A stretch of DNA of 63,943 bases, the filler included, from Piptocephalis cylindrospora (Eukaryota): assembly GCA_003614145.1 (NCBI GenBank). It is 20 parts of 20 records of this genome, joined end to end, with 100 filler letters (N's around TTAATTAATTAA, not from the genome) between each part and the next. Parts side by side here need not be neighbours in the genome. Positions count along the whole stretch, not along the records: positions 9,811 to 12,965 come from KZ988739.1; positions 13,066 to 16,218 come from KZ988740.1; positions 16,319 to 19,470 come from KZ988741.1; positions 19,571 to 22,710 come from KZ988742.1; positions 22,811 to 25,944 come from KZ988743.1; 15 more parts are not named here. One strand, 5' to 3'. Positions 12,523-23,179 of this stretch are shown piece by piece. The translations under genes and the position numbers were made by a program. The notes under the pieces were generated by a model. That model made no database searches. It had not been told where the DNA came from and was given only the letters and a program-made list of their open reading frames with translations. Numbering within the stretch: the stretch's first letter is position 1; each line of letters begins with the position of its first letter.

Positions 12523-12604
12523 TGCAGAATAGCTTAGTCGACTGATCCTTGTGGAAATCGGAAGCGATAAGGTTGAACTCTCGGGTTCAATCCTTGTCAC
12601 GGCC
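12523..12604 (+). pseudogene. Degenerate tRNA-like sequence (Pol III A and B boxes)
   Basis: A-box-like TAGCTTAGTCG and B-box GGGTTCAATCC. The acceptor stem does not pair. An identical copy is at 18958-19039. Confidence 0.5.
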
Positions 12605-13065
12605 TCTTTCGAATTTTCACTTGGCCATCGAGAACCCAGAGGTTATCTTTGGGAAAAGGGTTGTCGCACCCAGCTTCGAGCTAGGTGTTAATTCTCCGTC
12701 GTCTTGGCTATTCTGACCACTTGATCATTGGAATCGCTTCGGTCTGGCCGCTGAAGCAATGATATTCCGATCATTTTTGCCTTTTGCCATAAAATCAAAG
12801 TGCATGAAAGCCCATAACAATAACAATGGATCACAGATATAGGTTATATCCCCCTTTTTCTACGTCTTGCTTTGTTTTGGGGGCAATATCAGAAATGCCC
12901 CTCTTTGCTACCACAGGTGTCAGGCTGTGCTGCTCCCCTCCCCACAGTGCCACCGCCTTACACTCNNNNNNNNNNNNNNNNNNNNNNNNNNNNNNNNNNN
13001 NNNNNNNNNTTAATTAATTAANNNNNNNNNNNNNNNNNNNNNNNNNNNNNNNNNNNNNNNNNNNN

Positions 13066-14175
13066 ACGGAGGAGGTCTTGGAGGATTTGGAGGTGGAAGA
13101 TGAGGTGAAGAAAGGATCTTGAAGGGCCTTTACCGCAGTAATTCTTTCCTTTGGGTCCCAGCGGAGGAAACGACCAATTAGTCGAATGAGCTGTGGATGG
13201 ACCCCTCTTAAAGCCAAGGGCAATGGGGTTGGGATGGTCTATGAGAGGGGATATGAGTGGGGTCCTAGGTCCAGACATGATCCCGGCTCCCTCCCTCCCC
13301 CCCTCAGAGATCATGAACCTACAGGCTGAAAGATGAGACCAAGAGACTTGGCCTTGGAGGAGCCCTTGGCCCAATAGCCACCAGGGGCATCAGGGGAATT
13401 TGGACATCCAAGGACCAGACATATACGGTGAAGTTGATCGTGTTCGGATCGACCTGGGAACAGAGGTCTGGTCGTGCAGATTTCGGCCACTACGGTTCCT
13501 AGTCCCCAAAGATCGACCTGTCGATCATAATCTTTACATCTGAGAAGGACTTCTGGAGCTCTGTACCTGTGTAGATGGGGGAGGATGGAACGGATAAGGA
13601 GGAGGGAGAGGGGGAGAGGGGATGGGGGACGATTCGTTCTCTGACACCTACCATCGTGTACTGACATATTCAGTGAGTTTATCCTTACCACGAGGTGCAT
13701 CAGGATCGGGGATCTCACGGGCGAGGCCAAAGTCAGCCAATTTGACGAGCCAGCCTGCACCGCCACCCGATCGCTTGGACATGAGGATGTTTTCGGGCTT
13801 GATGTCCCTGTGAGCAAAGCCCCGACCGTGCATGTAGATGAGACCATCGAGAAGCTGACGAAGGATGGATCGAACCTCACCGACGGTCTGGACGTGGCGA
13901 TGACGGACGGCCTGGTAGAGGTTCATCTCGAGGTGCTCAAAGACAAAGTGAAGGACGCGGTGTTCACGAACGACCTCGTGCAGCCGGACAAGGTTGGGAT
14001 GGGCAAGGTACTTGAGGGCCTTGACCTCCCGAAGGGACAGACACTCCTCCCAGGAGTCAAAGGTGCGCTTCATGCGCTTGATGGCGACCAGCCGGTTGTC
14101 ATCGACGTGCTCAGCCTGGACCACGGATCCAAAGGTTCCGTCCCCAATGAGCTTGATGACTCTGTACCGGTCCAT
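13066..14175 (-). CDS. MAK/ICK/Ime2-family (CMGC RCK) protein kinase; 3' partial
   Basis: Exons 14175-13652, 13566-13323 and 13238-13066. Motifs GDGTFGSV, WEECLSLREVKAL, HRDIKPEN, DFG and TEYVSTRWYRAPE. Confidence 0.92.
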
Positions 14176-14533
14176 CTGGGGGGAGGAGGAGGGAGGGAGG
14201 GGAAGAATAAGGTGGGAAAATGGAGGAGAGGAAGAGGAGGGAGAGGAGGGGGAGGGGAAGGAGGGAGAGGAGACGGATGGACAAGTAATATAATAAAGAA
14301 AGGAGAGATAAGAGAGAAAGGAAATAGAAATGGGGATAGAAGAAGGGACCTTCTTGTCCAGGAAATGCGTCGAGTAATGAGATGTGGTTGGTAGCTGAGT
14401 AGGCGAGTAATATAGCGGGGGCGGGAGGGCAGAGAGGGGAGGGACAGGGTACTGGGAGGGTGTGTGTGTGAGGTAGGGGACCGGATAGCCTGGCGGAGAT
14501 GACTTTGGCAGGGTACACGCGTGAAGCAAGTTA

Positions 14534-14566
<33 letters not shown>

Positions 14567-16110
14567 CTGGTCTGTGTCTATGTCTGTGCCTGTGCCTGTG
14601 TGTCTGGCCGCCCCCCCTTGCTTGGCCAGATGAATTTGAGAGAGGTGGTGATTTTAGTCTAATTTTACAGGGGTGGAAGAGAAGGATGGGTTTTCCAGGG
14701 ACGGGTCAAATCTCATTTATGCTTGAAGAGGGAAAAATTGAGTCAATGGATTGAAGTATGGATCGGGAAGGTGTTTCAAAAAAGGGGAGGGAGGGCCTTC
14801 AACGTCAATAGGGTGGCGGTGATGAACGCTTAGGATGGAGAATGGCCATGGGGGCCACCAAGGGACCACTGGGTCTGCAGGGTAATAGGGGGGTCTCATG
14901 CTTTATAGAAACGACATCCCTCTCCTCCTTTGTTTAGCCCCTGTCATGCACTATACTCCTCTCTCTCTATAGGGTCGGGGATCTATGTCGAAGAAAGGTC
15001 ACAAGCCCAGTCCATGCTGTTGTTACTGCTCCGTTCATCCCTCTCACGATCCGCCCTCACCTTAAATGACCCTCCTCAAGGTCGGATGACTCGGGAGATC
15101 TTATGCTGTGCCTTCTAGAGGGGTTGTGTCCGGTCGGGATCTAAAGGTCAGAAGGCTCCTGCTGAAGGATCGCTGCTCTCTCGCCTTGCAAATCCTTCCT
15201 GTGAAAAAGAGATTCAACTCCGCTCTAAGAGGCTGAAAATATTGATAGACCCCCCGATAGCATTCACCTCTGGCAGCCAGATCATCCTTCTCCTCATTAC
15301 CATGAAGACTCGTTCATTTATACAGCGGAGGGGAAGGGGATATAGATTCAAGCATCCCCCATTCTGCCCCCATCCCTCCTCCCCTGCCTCTATCCACACC
15401 CAGTGGTTGTGGGATGTTGATGATAAGATACAGTGAGGGGAAGATGGAAGGGACGAATTGACCCACGATGCCCCCCCTTCTCTCTCACACTAAAGAGTGA
15501 CAAGGGGCATAGTGCAATGTAGCGTCTCTCCCTTTCATTGTGCATGATATGTATACAGTAGTCTTTTTTATATCTGCTGGTCTATCATTCTTCTCTACGA
15601 TGTAAGTGCATCTCCTCCTCCTCCTCCTCCCCTTGATGAAGGGGTGTGCGTGCGTATGGTGTCAGTGAGAGGTAAGGTGAGTGAGTGGGCGGGTGAGTGA
15701 ATCTTGGGCGGGGACGGGGGCTTTACCCGACTTTATCTCCTCTCCAAGCAGCCTTAAACACACACCACATCACCTCCGCTTCTCCGACCTTTCCCCGCTT
15801 CTTCCCGCCCATCAGCCCGCCCACTCACCCACCCACACCCGCACACACATATACATATACATACATACACGCACCACTTCCCCAAGCCTCTTTTGCCTTG
15901 CTCTGCACTGTTACCCTCTCTCCCTTCTCTCACTCACTCACTCACTCATTCACTCACTCACTCTCCCTCTCCTCCTTCCTTTCCTCTCTCACACTCGCCA
16001 TCCTCCCATACCCGGTGTCTTGCTCTCTCTCCCTCTCTCCTTTCTTCCTTCCCCTCCTCCCTCCTCCTCCCCCCCTCCCTCTTAAAGTCAAGTCCAACAA
16101 GAGAAAAAAG

Positions 16111-16195
16111 ATGAGTGAAAGTCGTACCGAACTTCTTGCTTGGATGAACGATCTTCTCCAGCTAAACATGACCAAGATTGAGCAGCTTGGTACTG
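16111..16195 (+). CDS. BIM1: EB1/Bim1 microtubule plus-end binding protein, first exon
   Basis: MSESRTELLAWMNDLLQLNMTKIEQLGTG is the EB1 CH-domain N-terminus. It is followed by a GTAAGT donor. Confidence 0.88.
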
Positions 16196-17523
16196 GTAAG
16201 TCACTTGATGGCCCTCCGNNNNNNNNNNNNNNNNNNNNNNNNNNNNNNNNNNNNNNNNNNNNTTAATTAATTAANNNNNNNNNNNNNNNNNNNNNNNNNN
16301 NNNNNNNNNNNNNNNNNNCACCCGACCGTAGCTGAAAAACATGACATTTCTACTCATCTATTGGTTCTCTACCTTGCTCCCAAGATACTGGTGTCGGAGA
16401 TGCAATAATCATGAACACCCATTCTCATCCCGTCCCCATCTCCTCTTGTTCTTGGCATTTCTTTCATCGAACCTTCCTATGCAACTAATAACGCTTGCTT
16501 TACTTAGAGTAAAGGCTGATTATTTCATACATAATTACTTTGTCGAATGCCCCGCGCTTCACTGCTTTCTCATCCAGGATTTACGAAGGAATAAGTTGGT
16601 ATAACTAGTCACAGGCTCGCGCCACTTGTACACTAATAATATTTACCATTAGGAGTGTGGTGAGTGCGGGACTTGTTAAAGGGAATGCCCAAGACAATGT
16701 ACGAGATACGCCGAGGAGAGACGGTGTTTGAAATGAGAAGGGGGTCAGAAATGAAGGCCATTTCGCTCCCAGGACACCAATGGTACGGGAATAGTCCTTG
16801 TTAAAGAGAATGGTGACGCTCATTTAGACAGACACAACATCCAGTAACCGACTTCTTCATCGGAAGAACGGGGGCGGCTTCTTTGTAATTGATGAATCTC
16901 CCAGAGGCAATGTGACAGGTTTAATAGGGGGTGAGCCATCTCATTATTATTAGCCTCGGTAGAGAACCAATAGATGAGTAGAAATGTCATGTTTTTCAGC
17001 TACGGTCGGGTGACTTGAGGAGCGAGGGAGGGAGAGGATAGAGAGGATGTACTGTGACTCCACTGAGAGTCCCTTCTATAGGAACTCCGAATAAGGAAAG
17101 AGATGTGTAAGAATTTACTGTAGAGACACATGGACAGGCGAAATAACCTGGGTCAGGGATCCAATCTCTTCTCTTTACATCCCTTGATCATCCGGGGATC
17201 CCATCTCCGTTCCTCCTTTTTCATAGGTGCAATAATAGGAGCCTGCCAAGTCATCCATTCTCCAACTCTGCCATTCCGTGATGTACTTCTTAGGTCGACT
17301 ACGCCTTCTACTCTCCCACGGCAACAGGCTTAAATAAAGACCGGGTAAATATCCTTTTCCCCACCTTACCCTATTTACCCCCCAACCCACTCAACCCTAC
17401 CTTCCTACCCTCCTACCCTCCTACCTTCCTCTCTCGTCGTCTCTGAAGAGCTTTGGTCTCTTCCCTATCCTTCTACTTTCCTCGTCAAGCGACACACCCT
17501 TTTCTCATCACTTCTTCTTCATC

Positions 17524-17802
17524 ATGAAGCTCACTTCCATTCTGTGCCTCTCTGTCATGCTGGCCATGCCGTTGATCATTACTGCTTCTCCTGCTCCTGA
17601 GAGTGAGGACGAGAAAAATACTCCTATAGTTAAATATTCTGATCCTGTTCCGAAGGGAAATGATACCTGTGCAGACAGCTCAAAATGTGACATTGACAAC
17701 GGTTATATATGCGTGGAAGGTACCTGTATCGGCCTGGTGCAGTACCAGGGTTGGCTAGGTAGGCACCCCACCACCACTGGATCATCCGTGCCCACTTCTT
17801 AA
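17524..17802 (+). CDS. Small secreted cysteine-rich protein, family member 2 (92 aa)
   Basis: Signal peptide MKLTSILCLSVMLAMPLIITA and a compact 4-Cys domain CADSSKCDIDNGYICVEGTCIG. It has the same upstream motifs as its paralogs. Confidence 0.75.
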   Translation: MKLTSILCLSVMLAMPLIITASPAPESEDEKNTPIVKYSDPVPKGNDTCADSSKCDIDNGYICVEGTCIGLVQYQGWLGRHPTTTGSSVPTS

Positions 17803-18447
17803 AACCTAAAAATGGCACACTCTCCCAGTTGTCCAGCTGATCCAGTTGTTTTAAATCCCAGTAAAATACAGTTGTGAATTTGGACCTTATCCTTTTAGCT
17901 TCTGTGCGTATGATTTCATCATTTATGTGATGAAGAAGAGGAAACCATAGGGCATCGATTCCTTGAATGCCCCACTTCCCAGGCTTTTTGGTCTTATGTG
18001 TACCATCATTTGATGGACGGACACAGAGATGAATGGGAGGATGTGGTCTTATCACTTGATAATTTTCCGGGATCACTAGGTTTTGAACCTAGTCTCCTGG
18101 TCATTGGATGCACATTTTGGTGTATTTATCGAGATGTTCTACGAATTGTGTCAAGTTCATCCGAGACGACGCTCAGACCTGATTTAAAGTACGAATTACG
18201 AATGCTGCTTCGGATGTTGATGAGGGCCAAAAGGAGGGCGGTCATTGAAAGAGGGACGATAAAGAAATGGGAGGAGAAATGGGAGGAGGATACAGGAGAT
18301 GATAGGAGGGATCGGAAGATCCATGGAAGAAGCAGCGATGTCGTGAGGAAAGGTTCTGAATCTTTTTGAGATGAAGCTGTGAAGACTTTTAGGAAAAAGG
18401 GAAGATTGTAATTTCCCCAAATACATTTCGCTGTTTACTACTACTAC
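17803..18447 (+). mobile_element. L1/Tx1-like non-LTR retrotransposon 3' fragment (degenerate)
   Basis: EEEETIGHRFLECP zinc-binding (zf-RVT-like) remnant. Homologous to 23560-24238 and ends in a (TAC)n tail. Confidence 0.75.
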
Positions 18448-18575
18448 CCACATAAGAGATCACTAAGAAGGGAGGAATGGAAAACAAGGGGGAATATTTT
18501 GCTCTCAGTCCTCACTTGCGGGTCCCACTATGGGGATTCATCTCCTCTCTACAGTAGGCTGTGACCCGACAAAAA

Positions 18576-18948
18576 TGTGGTAGATGGGGCTCCTAACGAT
18601 GAGAGGGGTATTCCTAGAGTGCTCAGAGGGAGCATGGAGGAGGAAGATGAAGGACCAGAATGAGGCTAAAGGAATATACCTCTGGCACACTGAGTGTGAG
18701 GCAGGAGGTTGTGTGCATGTGTGTGTGTGTATGTATGTATGTGTGTGTAGGGTGATGAGGATGATGATCCCATCCCCACTCATAGGGATGGATGTATGGG
18801 TGCAACCCATGCTCTGGATCCGATGGCAGATTTGCTCTTTATCAACTGACACTGCCATCCGGATTCAGATCCGTATCAATACATTCATTCATAGTGATTA
18901 GCCTCAGTCTTCGTTGGCAGCAAGACAATAGTTTCAGCGGAAACCACA
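18576..18948 (+). mobile_element. Solo-LTR-like family A
   Basis: Perfect TGTGGT...ACCACA termini with AAAA on both sides. It is preceded by the 3' end of a family B copy (about 18503-18571). Confidence 0.78.
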
Positions 18949-18957
18949 AAAATTATA

Positions 18958-19039
18958 TGCAGAATAGCTTAGTCGACTGATCCTTGTGGAAATCGGAAGC
19001 GATAAGGTTGAACTCTCGGGTTCAATCCTTGTCACGGCC
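18958..19039 (+). pseudogene. Degenerate tRNA-like sequence (copy of 12523-12604)
   Basis: Same A and B boxes. The downstream ~400 bp is also shared between the two contigs. Confidence 0.5.
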
Positions 19040-19570
19040 TCTTTCGAATTTTCACTTGGCCATCGAGAACCCAGAGGTTATCTTTGGGAAAAGGGTTGTC
19101 GCACCCAGCTTCGAGCTAGGTGTTAATTCTCCGTCGTCTTGGCTATTCTGACCACTTGATCATTGGAATCGCTTCGGTCTGGCCGTTGAAGCAATGATAT
19201 TCCGATCATTTTTGCCTTTTGTCACAAATTCTCAAAGTGCATGAGAGTCCATAACAATGGATCACAGATATAGGTTACATCCCCCTTTGTCCACGTCTTG
19301 ATCTGTTTTAGGGGCAATATCAGAAATGCCGCACATTCACGGAAAATATCAGAAATACCCTTCTCTGCTACCACAGGTGTCAGGCTGTGCTCCCCTCTCC
19401 ACAGTGCCACCGCCTTACACTCTGCCAACAGACACAGCGACATTTCTCACCTGTCCCTATCTATGGTCCANNNNNNNNNNNNNNNNNNNNNNNNNNNNNN
19501 NNNNNNNNNNNNNNTTAATTAATTAANNNNNNNNNNNNNNNNNNNNNNNNNNNNNNNNNNNNNNNNNNNN

Positions 19571-20022
19571 ATCCTGAATGGCTGGAGTATAATTCGGATG
19601 AGGGGGTCGAGGAGACGCATGGAGGTGAAAGGGAGAAGGGGAGGGATGGTGGGGATGGAGAGGGGGTGGGTTCATCGGAACTTGCGAGCGCAAGAGAAGG
19701 GTCGAAGATCCGGGTCAAGGTGGATGTGGATGGCATTGACACGATTCGGGCTTGCCTTCAGCATGATCCTAAGTGGCGCCCTAACATCTCTCAGCTCCTC
19801 CAGGGTCCGCTCCTGCATCCTGGAGAGCGTTGTATGGATATCCCGGCTGCCCGATGGATCGTCCGAAATGCCGTCTCCATTGACCGAAAGTGAGGGAGAT
19901 CGGAAGGTTACCCTGATGAAAGGATTGGGAGGCCTTCTCATGAAGGTTCTATGAATCGGGCCGTGCAATTTGGCGTAAGCAGTAGTGGGGTGGACCCCGA
20001 GGAATTGGATCAAGTCTCTGAG
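19571..20022 (+). CDS. C-terminal fragment of a protein kinase, possibly Mps1/TTK-like
   Basis: IDTIRACLQHDPKWRPNISQLLQGPLLHP is kinase subdomain XI. The family and the end coordinate are uncertain. Confidence 0.45.
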
Positions 20023-20177
20023 GTATGCTACATCTATTGGCTATTGTGAGCGATTGGGCAGGGCCGTTCAACAACTCATTCTTCCTTCCTGCAAAGGCAT
20101 TACTGAAGAGGTAGAATGATATGTCCCGAGGTCGGGATGAGCAATGAGGAGGTTATATGCCCGTAATTACGGTACCC

Positions 20178-20279
20178 TGCATGATCTATGATGATGACGA
20201 AACCGTTATATTTTCCCCCTTAGTGGGGTGGGCGAAATGGGCATCCGAACACAATGCCCGCCTCATGCATGATCTATGA
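20178..20279 (-). mobile_element. 5'-truncated non-LTR retroelement 3' end with (CAT)n tail and 14-bp TSD
   Basis: TGCATGATCTATGA occurs at 20178-20191 and 20266-20279, flanking 74 bp. That insert recurs at 22658-22710, 22811-22875, 37472-37571 and 41781-41880. Confidence 0.75.
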
Positions 20280-20559
20280 CTAAAGTGATACTTGGGAGTG
20301 AAAAGATGGATGTCATTTTTCCCGGTCCTGCCCTACTCTGATTCTTTTACATAAATCTGCCGATGAATTTATTGCTTTTATTATGCTATCTAGGATGTAA
20401 ATGTCGCCTCGAGAGGTCAGTATGGGAGGGTAACGTTCGGATCTTCTTGTTGAATAATTTATTGTCTTATGGAGAAAACCGTCCAAGGGACAGTCAGGGG
20501 GCGGAGGCAGGTGTCTTAAGGCTATGAACGACAGGGCGAGGGTGGGTAGAAAGGCGGGT

Positions 20560-20635
20560 GGGAATGGTGGGAGTCGAACCCACAACCGTAGGGTCTTCAG
20601 TGCAGAGCGCTCTACCTATTACGCTGCACCACCCC
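20560..20635 (-). pseudogene. tRNA-Phe(GAA)-like pseudogene
   Basis: Acceptor GGGGTGG/CCATTCC, perfect T arm GTGGG-TTCGACT-CCCAC and loop CTGAAGA. The anticodon stem (CTGCA/CCCTA) does not pair. Confidence 0.6.
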
Positions 20636-20810
20636 ATTAGGAACATCATTGCTATGGCAATCTAAATCATTCAATCTAAATGATTCAACAAAATGAATCA
20701 AGAATGAACAGGGATCTAAGGCACTCATTTAGGATAAAACGTCCTTCCTACTTTAAGAGGGGTTGGGGAAGTGCACAATGCCGATGGTTCCATATTGAGG
20801 AGACGGGCAA

Positions 20811-21053
20811 TGTAGAGGGGCGCCATAGAGTAGTATTTAATGACGCTCTACTGGCGCCCATCTTGCAAGCCCACACGGCGGCAGCGGTATCTGAAGGTGT
20901 CGATGGTGATAATGGTGTTGGCGGTGGTGATGGTGATGACGATAGTAGTAGTAGCTCCTCATAGACAAAATCTCTCTCCCTGTTTTCCATTCCTCCATTC
21001 TCAATGATCTCTTATGTGGGTTCTACCCACGCTATATGGGCTAATTTAAAATA
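20811..21053 (+). repeat. Dispersed repeat family D (possible LTR fragment), ending at the Tc1 insertion
   Basis: Begins TGTAGAG after the purine-rich GAGGAGACGGGCAA. Reverse homologues lie at 11497-11690 and 18445-18500. Confidence 0.5.
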
Positions 21054-22655
21054 CACAGCCTCACGAAAGCGTGCCGGTATTTTTACCTTCATGGACCTTT
21101 TTCTTTCTTATTCTTCCTACAGAAAGGTATTCTTAATGAAATACAGTACATTGGAAGCGCGAGAACCACACGACCAGGGATAGGTGAAGTACTTTTAAAT
21201 GGAAAAATAAATCGTTTCAGGAATTAAAGAATTGTAAAGCAAATTGTGTCGGCACGGTTTCGGTGCAGGATTCTGCAAATTCCATCTCCAACCATCAATA
21301 CTCAGTGGGTCCACCCTTTGCCTTTAGAACGGCCTGGATTCTTGAAGGCATGCTGTCGATGAGATTCAGGACTACATCATAGGGGATCTCATCCCATTCT
21401 GATTCCACCCGGGCCCAAAGAGCATCGATATTGGTGGGGGCCCTCTTGTAGGCGGCTAGTTGCCTCTTTAGATATCCCCAGAGGTGTTCAATGGGATTCA
21501 AGTCTGGAGACTGAGAGGGCCATTCCAGGACTTGGATCCCATTTGAGGAAAGCCAGCTCCGGGCTTTGATAGAGTTATGTTTTGAGTCATTATCCTGCTG
21601 GAAAATGACATCCTCATCACCAAGGCCCCAGTCATCCAGCGATGATAGATAGCTCTCTTCCAATACATCACAGTATACGTCCGCATCCATGCTTCCGTCA
21701 ATCCTATGGAGCCTACCAATACCATAGATAGAGATACAACCCCAAATCAGCACATTACCTCCTCCATACTTAAGTGTAGATACTAAATTTCCATCATGGA
21801 AGGCCTCCCCAGGTTTCCTCCAGCACCATCCGAGCCCATAAGATTAATCTTGGGCCCGCTAGTTCAGATAACGCGCCTCCAGTCCTCCTGTGTCCAACCC
21901 TGATGCCTCCTCGCAAAGCGCAAGCGGGACAGGCGATTTCTACGCTTTAACATTGGAACCTTTCTCGGTCTCCTACCTCTCAATCCTCTCCTTCTAAGGG
22001 CACGACGCGCTGTCTCAGCGCTAACGCTCTCCCCACGATCGGCTGAAATCTGCATTGCGACTCTCCTAGCTGATCCACCACGTGTTATAGTTACATTCCG
22101 GACGGCCATCCGTTCTTCTCTCGGGGTTAGAAGCCTTGGGCGGCCGACAGGATTAGGTTTTCCCACCATATCTAGCTCCTTATGCCTCCTCATTACCGTA
22201 GATGGCCCCACTTTGATTGTAGTAGCCATTTAACGGATCGATTGACTCTTCTCCAGGAGCATTTTGATGCGCATAGTTGTTTCTTTTGGTATGGCTTTCA
22301 TGGTTGAGTGAGCTGGAGGAGATCGTGGCGTAGGGGGTAATGAAGAGCTCTGATTCTTATACTGGTGTTCTTATAATTTGATTCTTAATATGTTGGTTTT
22401 TATAGTAATGAGATTAAGAAAAATGTGTTTCAAGCTGATCCTGCACCGAAACCGTGCCGACACAATTTGTTTTACAAAGTTTTAATTCCTGAAACGATTT
22501 ATTTTTCCATTTAAAAGTACTTCACCTATCCCTGGTCGTGTGGTTCTCGCGCTTCCAATGTACTGTATTTCATTAAGAATACCTTTCTGTAGGAAGAATA
22601 AGAAAGAAAAAGGTCCATGAAAGTAAAAATACCGGCACGCTTTCGTGAGGCTGTG
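21054..22655 (-). mobile_element. Full-length Tc1/mariner DNA transposon with ~218-bp TIRs and TA TSD
   Basis: TIRs 21054-21271 and 22438-22655 differ at only a few positions. TA is present at 21052-21053 and 22656-22657, and a transposase lies inside. Confidence 0.95.
21295..22301 (-). pseudogene. Tc1 DD34E transposase, disrupted
   Basis: FQQDN...SPDLNPIE gives D34E spacing. There are in-frame stops at 22230-22232 and 21864-21866, a frameshift near 21828, and the WSDE motif is lost. Confidence 0.9.
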
Positions 22656-23179
22656 TATTATGATGATAAAACCAGATTTTATTACCCCGTGTGGGGCTGG
22701 CTAGAGGGTANNNNNNNNNNNNNNNNNNNNNNNNNNNNNNNNNNNNNNNNNNNNTTAATTAATTAANNNNNNNNNNNNNNNNNNNNNNNNNNNNNNNNNN
22801 NNNNNNNNNNATATGATGATGATTAAGCCATTTTATTTTCCCCAGTGGGGTAGGCAGATGGGCATCCGAACACAGTCCTAGTGAATGGTAAAGGTATCCG
22901 GTGATCCTTGGCTATTGATCGAGGTCAGGGATATCCTCACACTACCTATATTAGTCATGTTATGGTTTCATTAAAAGATGAAACAATGTGTTCTTGAACA
23001 ATGGATTGAAACAAGATCTGTGATTTCAAATCTGGTTTATAGGATGATCAGAAATTACTTTTTCCATCTCTATTGCTAGATGTAATATACTAAAACATTT
23101 CCTAGCCATGAGAAGAACCGAGCTCAATGGATCGGTTTTCCGGCTGAAATTGAACCTCTACACTGAAAAGTAGACTAGT

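Noticed and set aside
12514..12604. Primer-binding site downstream of the LTR
   Set aside because: The sequence is tRNA-sense with A and B boxes, not a TGG-initiated complement of a tRNA 3' end.
16319..17012. Apparent 694-bp MITE with perfect 55-bp TIRs
   Set aside because: The repeat is exactly 55 bp and starts at the contig edge, like two other cases. No TSD can be tested, so an assembly or MDA artefact is more likely.
20560..20635. Selenocysteine tRNA (TTCA on the plus strand)
   Set aside because: The T arm and acceptor stem are on the minus strand, giving a GAA loop, and there is no long variable arm.
21864..22232. RIP-like mutation of the Tc1 transposase
   Set aside because: Two stop codons are too few, their contexts are inconsistent, and the TIRs remain nearly identical.
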